Shown piece by piece: positions 18,455 to 26,961 of a DNA stretch of 64,000 nucleotides (within the stretch, counting starts at the first letter, position 1; each line of letters opens with the position of its first letter). The notes under the pieces are model-generated. The model did no database searches. It worked only from the letters and a program-made list of their open reading frames with translations, and was not told the DNA's origin. The DNA is from Candidatus Heimdallarchaeota archaeon (GTDB lineage: Archaea; Asgardarchaeota; Heimdallarchaeia; Heimdallarchaeales; Heimdallarchaeaceae), in assembly GCA_030603365.1 (NCBI GenBank), contig JAUVXV010000004.1:160001-224000 (forward strand). The letters run 5' to 3'. Both the position numbers and the translations under genes were made by a program.

Positions 18455-18727
18455 ATGCCTAAGAAAAGAAAATCGGGAGGAAGATCTGGAGGCAAAAGAG
18501 GAAGAGCTTCTGGTATTCAGTGCCATTCATGTGGAAAACTTGTTCCTTCTGATAAAGCAAAAAAATTCTCTATTTATACTAGTGCAGTAGATTATCGTTT
18601 AGCAAAGGAGCTTAGAGATGAAGGTACGATAATTCCAAGAGAAAAGAAAATAGTATATTACTGTATTTCTTGCTCAATTCATAGAGGAAGAACGAACATT
18701 AGAGCAAAGGATCAAAGAAGAAGTTAA
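18455..18727 (+). CDS. rps26e: 30S ribosomal protein S26e (eS26)
   Basis: MPKKRKSGGR, CHSCGKLVPSDKA, YCISCSIH. Confidence 0.97.
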   Translation: MPKKRKSGGRSGGKRGRASGIQCHSCGKLVPSDKAKKFSIYTSAVDYRLAKELRDEGTIIPREKKIVYYCISCSIHRGRTNIRAKDQRRS

Positions 18728-18730
18728 AAC

Positions 18731-18770
18731 TTTTTTCTTATTTATTTTTCTTTCTTTTTCCTTTTCATTT
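18731..18770 (+). terminator. Long T-rich terminator tract after rps26e
   Basis: ttttttcttattatttttctttctttttccttttcattt-type tract directly after the stop. Confidence 0.5.
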
Positions 18771-18784
18771 CAGGAGCTAATTAC

Positions 18785-19354
18785 ATGTTAACTTTTGTTA
18801 TTGTTTCTTCAACAGTGAGAAAAAACTCACAACGAACAATTAAATCAGTTGTAGGAGGTCAAGAAAGATTTGATGTTTTAGCTAGGTGTCTTCTAAATTT
18901 AGATAGATGGAAGAGTAGAATCGGACATGATTTGAATCTTATTATATTTCTTTCTCATCCAGAAGAACAAAAAGCACTAAATATTCCACTGAAAAGTCTC
19001 CCTAATCCTCTAAAAAGTGAGTTAGACTCTGTAATTCACTTAATAGAAATCTTTTCCAAACCAGAGCAATTTAACTCAAGATTTACCACTATGAATTTCG
19101 AGAATCTTATTGGTGATTTCTCCAATTCTTCAACTATTTACTACCTAACTCCAGATGGCGTACAAATTCAAGAAATTTCTAAAGAATTTAACCAAAATAA
19201 GGAAATGTGTTTTATATTGGGAAGCCAACATGATTTATCCGAAATTCAAGAAAATGCTTTACAAAAAATTGGGGTAATTCCCGTTAGCTTGGGGGAAAAG
19301 GATTATCTTGCTTCTCATGTGATTACAATTATCTGCCATCATTTTCTATCCTAA
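18785..19354 (+). CDS. trmY: tRNA (pseudouridine54-N1)-methyltransferase TrmY-like SPOUT methyltransferase
   Basis: RFDVLARC, FILGSQHDL, VSLGEKDYLASHVITI. Confidence 0.75.
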   Translation: MLTFVIVSSTVRKNSQRTIKSVVGGQERFDVLARCLLNLDRWKSRIGHDLNLIIFLSHPEEQKALNIPLKSLPNPLKSELDSVIHLIEIFSKPEQFNSRFTTMNFENLIGDFSNSSTIYYLTPDGVQIQEISKEFNQNKEMCFILGSQHDLSEIQENALQKIGVIPVSLGEKDYLASHVITIICHHFLS

Positions 19355-19419
19355 ATAAGAGCTGATGGTTGCTTCTTTGGCAAAAATTTTAATTTAGGAA
19401 CTACAACTATCAAAATGAA

Positions 19420-19659
19420 ATGGAAGAAGATAAACCCCCAATTATCACAAAGAAAATCTTAGCCTTGGGTTTTACAGCTCCCTTTTTATTTAGTGTATTG
19501 GGAATGATAATTGCTTATTTTGCAACTAGAACTCTTTCTGAACGTATAAGGAATATTTCGCTGATCGTTGCTACATTTGTTGGACTATTTGTGTCAATAG
19601 GTTTGATATTCCTCATGCAATGGCACATTAATAGGAAAATAGCAAAAACCGATAGTTAA
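19420..19659 (+). CDS. Small two-TM membrane protein
   Basis: Two hydrophobic helices, ATG start with a T-rich TATA-like element upstream. Confidence 0.65.
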   Translation: MEEDKPPIITKKILALGFTAPFLFSVLGMIIAYFATRTLSERIRNISLIVATFVGLFVSIGLIFLMQWHINRKIAKTDS

Positions 19660-19780
19660 AATTTTGATTGATTTGTTTCTTGGTAATTTATGTTATTTAC
19701 AATACTTTTGATTTGCGTGTAAAACGGAAATTTTTTAAAATCAGTTAAGTATTCAAAATATAACTTCGAGGGCTTTTAAA

Positions 19781-21106
19781 ATGTCTACAAAACGAAGAAA
19801 AATACTTATAATGGGTGCTGCAGGTCGAGATTTTCATAATTTCAATACTTATTATAGAAACAATGAGTCATATGAAGTAGTTGCATTTACCGCAACTCAG
19901 ATTCCTGACATAGTTGACCGCAAATATCCTTCTGAACTTTCTGGAGATTTATATCCTGAAGGTATTCCAATATTTGATGAGAGCGAACTCATTGACCTAA
20001 TAAAGAGATTTGATGTTGATGAAGTAGTATTCTCTTATTCAGATGTTACTCATGAATATGTTATGCATAAAGCTTCTTTGGTTAATGCAGTAGGTCCAGC
20101 TTTTTCACTCTTAGGAACAAAAGGTACAATGATAAAAAGCACAAAACCCTTGATTAGTGTATGTGCAGTTAGAACAGGGAGTGGAAAATCTCAAACTTCC
20201 CGAAAAATAGTTCAACTTTTACATGATTCTGGAAAGAAGATTGTAGCTATTCGTCACCCTATGCCTTATGGTGATCTAGCTAAACAAGCTGTCCAAAGAT
20301 TTGCTGAATATTCTGATTTAGATAAGCATGAAACCACTATAGAAGAGAGAGAGGAATATGAACCATATATCGACAAAGGTTTAGTTATTTATTCTGGCGT
20401 TGATTATGAAGCTATATTGCGAGAAGCTGAAAAAGAAGCTGATGTAATTCTATGGGATGGTGGCAATAATGATTTTTCATTCTATGAAAGCGATTTAAAT
20501 ATAGTTGTTGCAGATCCTCATAGAGTTGGACATGAACTTACATATCATCCAGGAGAAACTAATTTGAACCTCGCGGATGTGGTTTTAGTAAATAAAATTA
20601 CTACAACTTCATACGAGAATGTCATGCAACTTGAAGAGAATATAAGAAACACCAATCCTAAAGCTATCATTATTGAAGCCGCATCACCGATATTCTTAGA
20701 TAAACCAGATTTAGTAAAAGGTAAAAGAGTACTAGTCATTGAAGATGGACCAACGTTAACTCATGGTGGAATGAAGTATGGTGCTGGTGTAGTTGCAGCT
20801 AGACGATATGGTGCAAAAGAGTTAGTAGATCCTCGTCCATATCTTGTTGGTAGTATGAAGGAAACTTTTGAACATTATCCTGAAATAGGAACACTCTTAC
20901 CTGCTATGGGTTATTTTGAGCAGCAACTAAAAGATATGGAGGAAACAATCAACGGTACTGATTGTGATGTTGTGGTATCAGCAACACCAATTGATATAAC
21001 TCGTCTTATCAAAATCAATAAACCAATAGTCAGAGTAAAGTATGAACTTGAAGAAATAGGTTATCCTACATTAGAAGACATTCTTAGAGACAAGGGATTT
21101 CTTTAA
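19781..21106 (+). CDS. COG2403 P-loop protein (cyclic 2,3-diphosphoglycerate synthetase-like; probable arginine synthetase ArcE type)
   Basis: MGAAGRDFHNFN, AFTATQIP, VRTGSGKS, IRHPMPYGDL, TIEEREEYE, WDGGNND, EDGPTLTHGGM. Confidence 0.8.
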   Translation: MSTKRRKILIMGAAGRDFHNFNTYYRNNESYEVVAFTATQIPDIVDRKYPSELSGDLYPEGIPIFDESELIDLIKRFDVDEVVFSYSDVTHEYVMHKASLVNAVGPAFSLLGTKGTMIKSTKPLISVCAVRTGSGKSQTSRKIVQLLHDSGKKIVAIRHPMPYGDLAKQAVQRFAEYSDLDKHETTIEEREEYEPYIDKGLVIYSGVDYEAILREAEKEADVILWDGGNNDFSFYESDLNIVVADPHRVGHELTYHPGETNLNLADVVLVNKITTTSYENVMQLEENIRNTNPKAIIIEAASPIFLDKPDLVKGKRVLVIEDGPTLTHGGMKYGAGVVAARRYGAKELVDPRPYLVGSMKETFEHYPEIGTLLPAMGYFEQQLKDMEETINGTDCDVVVSATPIDITRLIKINKPIVRVKYELEEIGYPTLEDILRDKGFL

Positions 21107-21215
21107 TTCTGCCTTTTATTCCTTCTTTTTTTTCCTCATAATTTTCTAATAATCTATATTAAAGAATTGTTTGAAAGGTCTTAATCTTATTAAATTCACA
21201 TTTTGAATTTCAATT

Positions 21216-21656
21216 ATGGCTGATAAACACGTTCCTCCCTTGAAAGATCTATTATGTTTAACCATACCTGATTTGGTCGAACCATCTCCAAAAGGAACCA
21301 ATGTTGCTTACATTGTAACTAAGACAAATTGGCGTGTAAATAGATATTAAAGAGAGTGTTTTGTTTATAATACTCAAACAAAACAAACACATAAGATTAC
21401 TGATGCTTTAACAATTTCTAATCTTCGTTGGTTAAATGAGAATAGAGTTCCATTATTAAACACTACTGAGCTTCACAGAGGTTTGAAGCATCAAGGAGTT
21501 CCAGTTGGGTTCCTTATGTATCCGGGTATGCCCCATGGAATAAACAAACCTCGTGAAAATCATGCAGTTTTATCACAAAATCTTAAGTGGTTCTCTCATT
21601 ATCTTCTAGGTGAAGGGATAGATTTCTTCTCAGAAAATAAAGAAGAATCATCTTAA
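21216..21656 (+). pseudogene. S9 (prolyl oligopeptidase/acylaminoacyl peptidase) pseudogene with a nonsense codon and a large internal deletion
   Basis: One frame reads MADKHVPPLKDLL..SPKGTNVAYIV..NRY*(TAA 21348-21350)RECFVYN..LRWLNE, then NRVP..ELHRGLKHQGVPV..YPGMPHG..NLKWFSHYL; the GxSxG region is absent. Confidence 0.8.
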
Positions 21657-21720
21657 CCTTTTTTTTAATTATAAAAAACAAGTTTTATATTCAAATCTGA
21701 TTATTTGAATATGAATTTAC

Positions 21721-22521
21721 ATGACCTCAATAGAATTAAGTGAGATTATTGAAGATGGTTCAGATGTTTTAATTGTTCTTGATTCAAGAAAGCGTTGGTT
21801 AACTAAAGCTATTACTGGAAAGCAATTTCATTGCCATAAAGGTTTTTTTGACTTTGATCAAATTATGGGAAAACCATATGGTATTAGTGTTAAGACAAAC
21901 AAATCCATTGAACTAACTATTTACAAACCAATCCCAAGTGACTTTTTAAAACAAATTCCACATAGTTCTCAGATAATTTATACTAAAGATGCAGGTCTAA
22001 TTCTACTGAATGGTGGGATACATCCAGGTTGTATTGTTCTAGAAGCAGGAACAGGAAGTGGAGCTTTAACCTCGATTTTGGCTAAGTATGTGGGTTCGGA
22101 AGGTCATGTTTATACTTATGAAAACAGAGAAGATGCTTACAATAATGCGAAGAAGAATTTGGAAAGGTTAGGATTGGAATCCCAGGTAACAATGAAATTT
22201 CAAGATGCGTCAAATGGATTTGATGAACAAAAGGTTGATGCAGTCGTATTAGATCTGGGAGATCCATGTGAAATCATACCTCATGCCCGCACAGCATTAA
22301 AATCAGGTGGAGTTATCACTATATTTATGCCAACTTATAATCAAATTGAAAGAGTATATGTCCAATTGGAAGAATATAATTTTGGAGATATTCAAGCTCT
22401 AGAGTTAATTCTTCGAGGTATACAATTAAAAAGAAATGCCATTAGACCAAATACAAGGATGATTGGACATACAGGATTTTTGATATTTGCACGTAAGCTT
22501 GTTGGAGAAAAAGACCTATGA
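21721..22521 (+). CDS. trmI: tRNA (adenine57/58-N1)-methyltransferase
   Basis: SQIIYTKD, VLEAGTGSGALT, DAVVLDL, RMIGHTGFL. Confidence 0.95.
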   Translation: MTSIELSEIIEDGSDVLIVLDSRKRWLTKAITGKQFHCHKGFFDFDQIMGKPYGISVKTNKSIELTIYKPIPSDFLKQIPHSSQIIYTKDAGLILLNGGIHPGCIVLEAGTGSGALTSILAKYVGSEGHVYTYENREDAYNNAKKNLERLGLESQVTMKFQDASNGFDEQKVDAVVLDLGDPCEIIPHARTALKSGGVITIFMPTYNQIERVYVQLEEYNFGDIQALELILRGIQLKRNAIRPNTRMIGHTGFLIFARKLVGEKDL

Positions 22522-22988
22522 ACATAGTCTTTAGATGTAATCTTTGTGAAACAATTAATGAAATTCCTAGTGAATTTAGATATCGATTATGCAGAAAATG
22601 TGGTGCTATAGTAACATATGTTACAGGAGAATCGATAATTTGTGAAGAAGCCAATTATGATTGTGACGACTTCACTAAGGAAACAAGCTTATCTCTAGAA
22701 TTAGCAGAAAAATTTTTTCTTCTTGCCGAATCTCAAACAGAACTAGTTTCCAGTATAATTCAAAAACATGAAAATAAATCGTCAAAACTCTTGGATATTC
22801 CAGCTGCTTCCTTACCTGATACAGTTTTACTTCTGCTTAAAGAGAATAGCACAGAAACTTTTGATGAATTAGTAAGAAACTGCCAATTGTTTAATATCAA
22901 TTTGAAAAAATTGGAACAGATAATTAAAAGAATGAAAAATGAAGGTATAGTTTACCACCCGCAAGGATGGTTAATACGTTTGATTTAG
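22518..22988 (+). CDS. DUF1922-like zinc ribbon with a C-terminal winged helix
   Basis: IVFRCxxC...CxxC; C-terminal LEQIIKRMKNEGIVYHP resembles MCM-type wH; ATGA overlap with trmI. Confidence 0.6.
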   Translation: MNIVFRCNLCETINEIPSEFRYRLCRKCGAIVTYVTGESIICEEANYDCDDFTKETSLSLELAEKFFLLAESQTELVSSIIQKHENKSSKLLDIPAASLPDTVLLLLKENSTETFDELVRNCQLFNINLKKLEQIIKRMKNEGIVYHPQGWLIRLI

Positions 22989-22998
22989 TAGTTTACAT

Positions 22999-23604
22999 CT
23001 AATATTTTCTTTTGGCCAATTTTTCTTTAATCCAACCATATAAGATGAAAACAATTACTCCTAATACTGCAACCGCAAAGGTTATACCAACACCTATAAT
23101 AACGTTAGAAGGACCTCCGTAATCAACTATTGAAACTGTAATATTTTCAGCAGCAATATACTTCCTTCCATAAGCTCCAAAACTTGGATGAGGGTGATAT
23201 ACATCAACTGCCCAAAAATAAATAGTAACATTATACTCAGCTTCTGGATTTGTAATTTCAGCTCGAAGCGTTCCTGTCAGACTCGCACCAGGTTCTAGCG
23301 AATTATGGTCTGTATCAAACTTTTGTGTATATGTGCTGTTGAGTCTAGCGTTTCCTCCATTGTGAACAAATTCTGCTTTTAATGATTCCACTGTTATGGT
23401 TTGATCTCCAAAATTAACGATTGTAGCAAAAATACTAACTACATTATTTCTGGTGATGCTTGTTTCTGACATTCTACCATTAAAGGCAGCAATATACTGT
23501 TCTGACTGTGCTTGAGTTAATCTTGTGACTGGATTTAGTGATAATGTAAAGAATATTACAAAAGTACTTAATTTTATTAACAGCTTCTTGTTCATTGAAA
23601 TCAT
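22999..23604 (-). CDS. Secreted Ig-like (CARDB-like) protein with a C-terminal TM anchor
   Basis: Signal peptide, ATIVNFG and LEPGASLT beta-sandwich motifs, C-terminal TM + basic tail. Confidence 0.65.
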   Translation of the reverse strand: MISMNKKLLIKLSTFVIFFTLSLNPVTRLTQAQSEQYIAAFNGRMSETSITRNNVVSIFATIVNFGDQTITVESLKAEFVHNGGNARLNSTYTQKFDTDHNSLEPGASLTGTLRAEITNPEAEYNVTIYFWAVDVYHPHPSFGAYGRKYIAAENITVSIVDYGGPSNVIIGVGITFAVAVLGVIVFILYGWIKEKLAKRKY

Positions 23605-24275
23605 CCTTCTTCTATAAGTAATAATGAAAGCTCTCTTTTCAGGTTGCTTAATGACCTTTCAATTCTCTTCTCATAAGTATTATCAATGCTGATTTTTCCA
23701 TCAGCTGTTTTTACTATTATTCCACCCATGCTTGTAATATACTCACTTGAAAGACTTATTTTAGCATCGAATTTGTGTTCTTTCAGCTGTTTTGCGACCT
23801 TCTCGAAGAATTGATTTGTAAAAATCTTCTTATCATCTTCCCTACAATAAACTATAATTTCAGGCTGTTTAAGGGAAAAAACTGCTTCTACTGCAAGTTT
23901 TTCAAGGTTTTTCTTGTATTCAACAGTTCCAGCAACTGATTTTAATTTTTCTTTAGCTTTATCAATAAATCCAGCAACTAAATCATCGCGATATTTTGTG
24001 ATTTTTAGCTTGAGTTCTAATTCATATTTTGCCTTTTCTTTCATGAATTCTGAATCAGCTTTAGCTTTCGATCTTTCTACTATTTTTTCCTTTACGTTTT
24101 GGATTTTAGTAGCTGTTTCTTTCTTAATCGCGTCTATAGATTTCTTTTGTTCAGCAACGATTTCTTTGATCAGCTTTTCTGTATTTTCCTCAATCTTCTT
24201 AGTTATTTCAGGATTAGTATGTTTCTCATTCATTGTAATCCTCTCAAGGGTGGGAGAATTTGTTAAGGACTTCAT
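23601..24275 (-). CDS. atpE: A/V-type ATP synthase subunit E family protein
   Basis: N-terminal coiled coil, IVYCREDD, MGGIIVKTADGKISIDNTYEKR; likely start ATG 24233. Confidence 0.85.
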   Translation of the reverse strand: MKSLTNSPTLERITMNEKHTNPEITKKIEENTEKLIKEIVAEQKKSIDAIKKETATKIQNVKEKIVERSKAKADSEFMKEKAKYELELKLKITKYRDDLVAGFIDKAKEKLKSVAGTVEYKKNLEKLAVEAVFSLKQPEIIVYCREDDKKIFTNQFFEKVAKQLKEHKFDAKISLSSEYITSMGGIIVKTADGKISIDNTYEKRIERSLSNLKRELSLLLIEEG

Positions 24276-24340
24276 AAATCGGCATATAAGAATTTTGGTT
24301 AGGAATTGAAATTTGATTCCTAATACATTAAGCAGCTTAT

Positions 24341-25420
24341 CTACTCTTCAAACAATGTTTCATCTGTTGCATATTTGTAAGCAACTAAAAACAAACCGAA
24401 GAATATGACAGCTGAGAGGGCTACAATAACTGTAACAAATATTTCTGGATGTGTGAAGGTTCGGATAAAGAAATTCATAGCTATAAAAATTGGAACCATT
24501 AATGAGCCTGCTGCTCCTCCTGAACTACCACCTTTAGGTGTTTTCTTTCTCCATCTGATGATAGTTTCGAAAGCACTCAGTGATACTGCTACAATGTTTA
24601 TGACAAGCATTGCAATACCTGTTGTTGTCCAATCAGTAATTGGGGAACTAGTATTGTTATCTACAAAAAGATACAAAACTAGAAAAATTGCGAACAGCGC
24701 GATTTTGATTAACATCCCAATTCTCTCTCCTAATTCTTTTTTATATGACACTTGAGATGCTCCTTCTCTCAGGAAAACGAAGAAATTACCAACTGCTATC
24801 GCGCAAGCTAGACATAGAACAATTCCATAAAAGACTGGTGAGTAATTGGCCCACATTGTCCAGATCGGTTCTAAAAGCTCATTATATTGAGCAAAAAACG
24901 CTATAGCAACCATTAACGGAATTGCTGCTAGGAATAGTCCTGGAATAACAATAAGTATCGCTGGAACATTTTTCTTTACACCGAAAGCATATAATATCAA
25001 TTTTACAGCAAAGAAGGCCCCAAATACGGCAATTATTGGACCTGCAAAAGGCAGTATCAAGAAAAACAAACAGAATATTGCATTTACCATATAAAAAATC
25101 TTAGTGTCAATTCTTACCTTACCAAGTGCTCTCCACATCAGTTCATATGAATTAGCTACCCTTGTAGCTCTAATTGCTGAAACTAATACAAAAGGTAAAG
25201 CAAAAATAAGGGGGGCAATAAACTGCAGTATTACATCTTCTGCTCCCAATACTGCTGGTGGTTTTGGTGCCCAAGGATTTGTTCCCCAGAAGAAGAACCC
25301 ATCAAGGGTCATATCTACCATTGGTTGAACATTCATCCAAATATAGAAGTATGCTGGAAAAATGAATATTTGTAATAAAACTAATAGTCTGTTAACCATT
25401 AACCCTCTTAATTCTACCAT
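24341..25420 (-). CDS. Polytopic membrane protein of unknown function (about 9-10 TM)
   Basis: Alternating hydrophobic helices over 359 aa. Confidence 0.75.
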   Translation of the reverse strand: MVELRGLMVNRLLVLLQIFIFPAYFYIWMNVQPMVDMTLDGFFFWGTNPWAPKPPAVLGAEDVILQFIAPLIFALPFVLVSAIRATRVANSYELMWRALGKVRIDTKIFYMVNAIFCLFFLILPFAGPIIAVFGAFFAVKLILYAFGVKKNVPAILIVIPGLFLAAIPLMVAIAFFAQYNELLEPIWTMWANYSPVFYGIVLCLACAIAVGNFFVFLREGASQVSYKKELGERIGMLIKIALFAIFLVLYLFVDNNTSSPITDWTTTGIAMLVINIVAVSLSAFETIIRWRKKTPKGGSSGGAAGSLMVPIFIAMNFFIRTFTHPEIFVTVIVALSAVIFFGLFLVAYKYATDETLFEE

Positions 25421-25525
25421 GAGAGCACCTTGATAAAGAGTGACTTGCTAAATAAAAAACGTTTCCTTTTAAAGCCATCAACTAAACTTTCTTAAATTAA
25501 TTTTTACTATAATCTACTGAGGGTA

Positions 25526-26755
25526 ATGTCAGAAAATGTTAGTTCTATAGATGAACTTCTCAAAAAGTATAATATTCAATCCCATGATTTAGAATACATT
25601 TTAAACTTCATGCAAAAGGAAAGCATCTCACCCCAATTAGCAATGCGAAGAATAAAACTTTTTGAAAAATTACAAGAAAAAATGTCTCAAACTCAATCTG
25701 ATGAAAAAGTTAGAGAACTTACAACTGAACTTGATCATCTATCCAAGTTAGTAGAAGATTTACAAAAAGAAAAAGCTGATTTGGACAAAGAAATAGAGGA
25801 TACAAGGTTACAACAAGATTTATTCAATGCTGAAAGAGAAGAGCTAAAAATACAAATGCATGCTTTAATGGGTTCGATTGAATCAATTGAAACTGAAGCA
25901 GAACAAGGTGAAGAAACCCTTAAGGTGGAAAACCAAGATCTCAAGAAAAAGCTAGAAATTATGAATGCAGGATGTCAAACCCTAAAAGACAAAGTGCTGA
26001 AATTTGGATCTGAAACCCCCGTTCTTAACCCTCTAATAGACTCCATACAAAGGAGTTTGGATGCAGTAATTGCAGCGAAACAAATCCCTAACGATGTGAA
26101 TTTTTCTGTTCCGCAAGAACTCTTAGCTAGTCCTCAAAAATCAGCACCCATTTCCGTAACCCCTAAAGCTCAAACATCCTCATCAGAAACCATCTCTCCT
26201 GATCAGATAAAATTTGCCACTCCTCCTAAAATTACAGAAAAACAATCTACACCATCGAGTACTAGTTCACCAGCTCCCGTTAGAAAAGAATCAGCTCCAG
26301 CTCCTACAATTTCTAGTTCAGGAAAACTCACAATTAAAGAAAATATTTTTGCTGAGCCAGAGGAAATGGAAAAAGATATATCTCAACCAAAACCTGAGTC
26401 TCGTTCAGCACCAGAACCGGTGCCAATGTCTGAACCTCGACATCCAGCAGAACACAAACCTAAGGCGAAACCTACAAAAGTAGACACCAGAGCAAAGCCA
26501 TCAACAGATGATACAATTGTATCTGCAAAAATTGAAAAAATACTCAAATTATTTATTTCATATGGTCAACAAGCAGATTCGGATGAGAACTGGAAAGCGA
26601 GAATATCTGCAATTTGTGATATGGATGAAGCCTATGTTGAATTAGGTGGATTAGCAATGTCTCAGATTTATGCATATCAAACCCAATCAATAAAGAAGAA
26701 AAAGGAATTTGAAAGACTTCTTAATTCTTGGATGGAAAATGGTTTACCCAGATAG
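25526..26755 (+). CDS. Coiled-coil protein with a Pro/Ser/Thr-rich disordered linker and a small C-terminal domain
   Basis: Heptad E/K/L/Q-rich region, then a low-complexity PSSTSSPAP/PEPVP segment. Confidence 0.75.
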   Translation: MSENVSSIDELLKKYNIQSHDLEYILNFMQKESISPQLAMRRIKLFEKLQEKMSQTQSDEKVRELTTELDHLSKLVEDLQKEKADLDKEIEDTRLQQDLFNAEREELKIQMHALMGSIESIETEAEQGEETLKVENQDLKKKLEIMNAGCQTLKDKVLKFGSETPVLNPLIDSIQRSLDAVIAAKQIPNDVNFSVPQELLASPQKSAPISVTPKAQTSSSETISPDQIKFATPPKITEKQSTPSSTSSPAPVRKESAPAPTISSSGKLTIKENIFAEPEEMEKDISQPKPESRSAPEPVPMSEPRHPAEHKPKAKPTKVDTRAKPSTDDTIVSAKIEKILKLFISYGQQADSDENWKARISAICDMDEAYVELGGLAMSQIYAYQTQSIKKKKEFERLLNSWMENGLPR

Positions 26756-26848
26756 AAACCTCATTTATTCTTTTATTTCCTATTTTTACTGGTAATTAAG
26801 CTCTCATCAGAAGAAATAAAAACAGAAAGAAAAACAAGTTACTAAAAT

Positions 26849-26944
26849 GGGCCAGTAGTCTAGCATGGATAAGGCACCGGCCTTCGGAAGTTTATAACTG
26901 AAGACAGTCGGAGGTCGCAGGTTCGAATCCTGCCTGGTCCGCCA
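26849..26944 (+). tRNA. tRNA-Arg (anticodon UCG) with an 18-nt intron at 37/38 (26888-26905) and encoded CCA
   Basis: Acceptor GGGCCAG/CTGGTCC, anticodon stem CCGGC/GTCGG, T-arm GCAGG-TTCGAAT-CCTGC, BHB motif (CTTC/GAAG helix, GGA and ACA bulges, AGTT/AACT outer helix). Confidence 0.95.
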
Positions 26945-26961
26945 ATTTGAGGTTATTATAA

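Noticed and set aside
21348-21350. Recoded stop (selenocysteine or pyrrolysine) in the S9 remnant
   Set aside because: The codon is TAA, not TGA or TAG, and the gene has also lost its catalytic core
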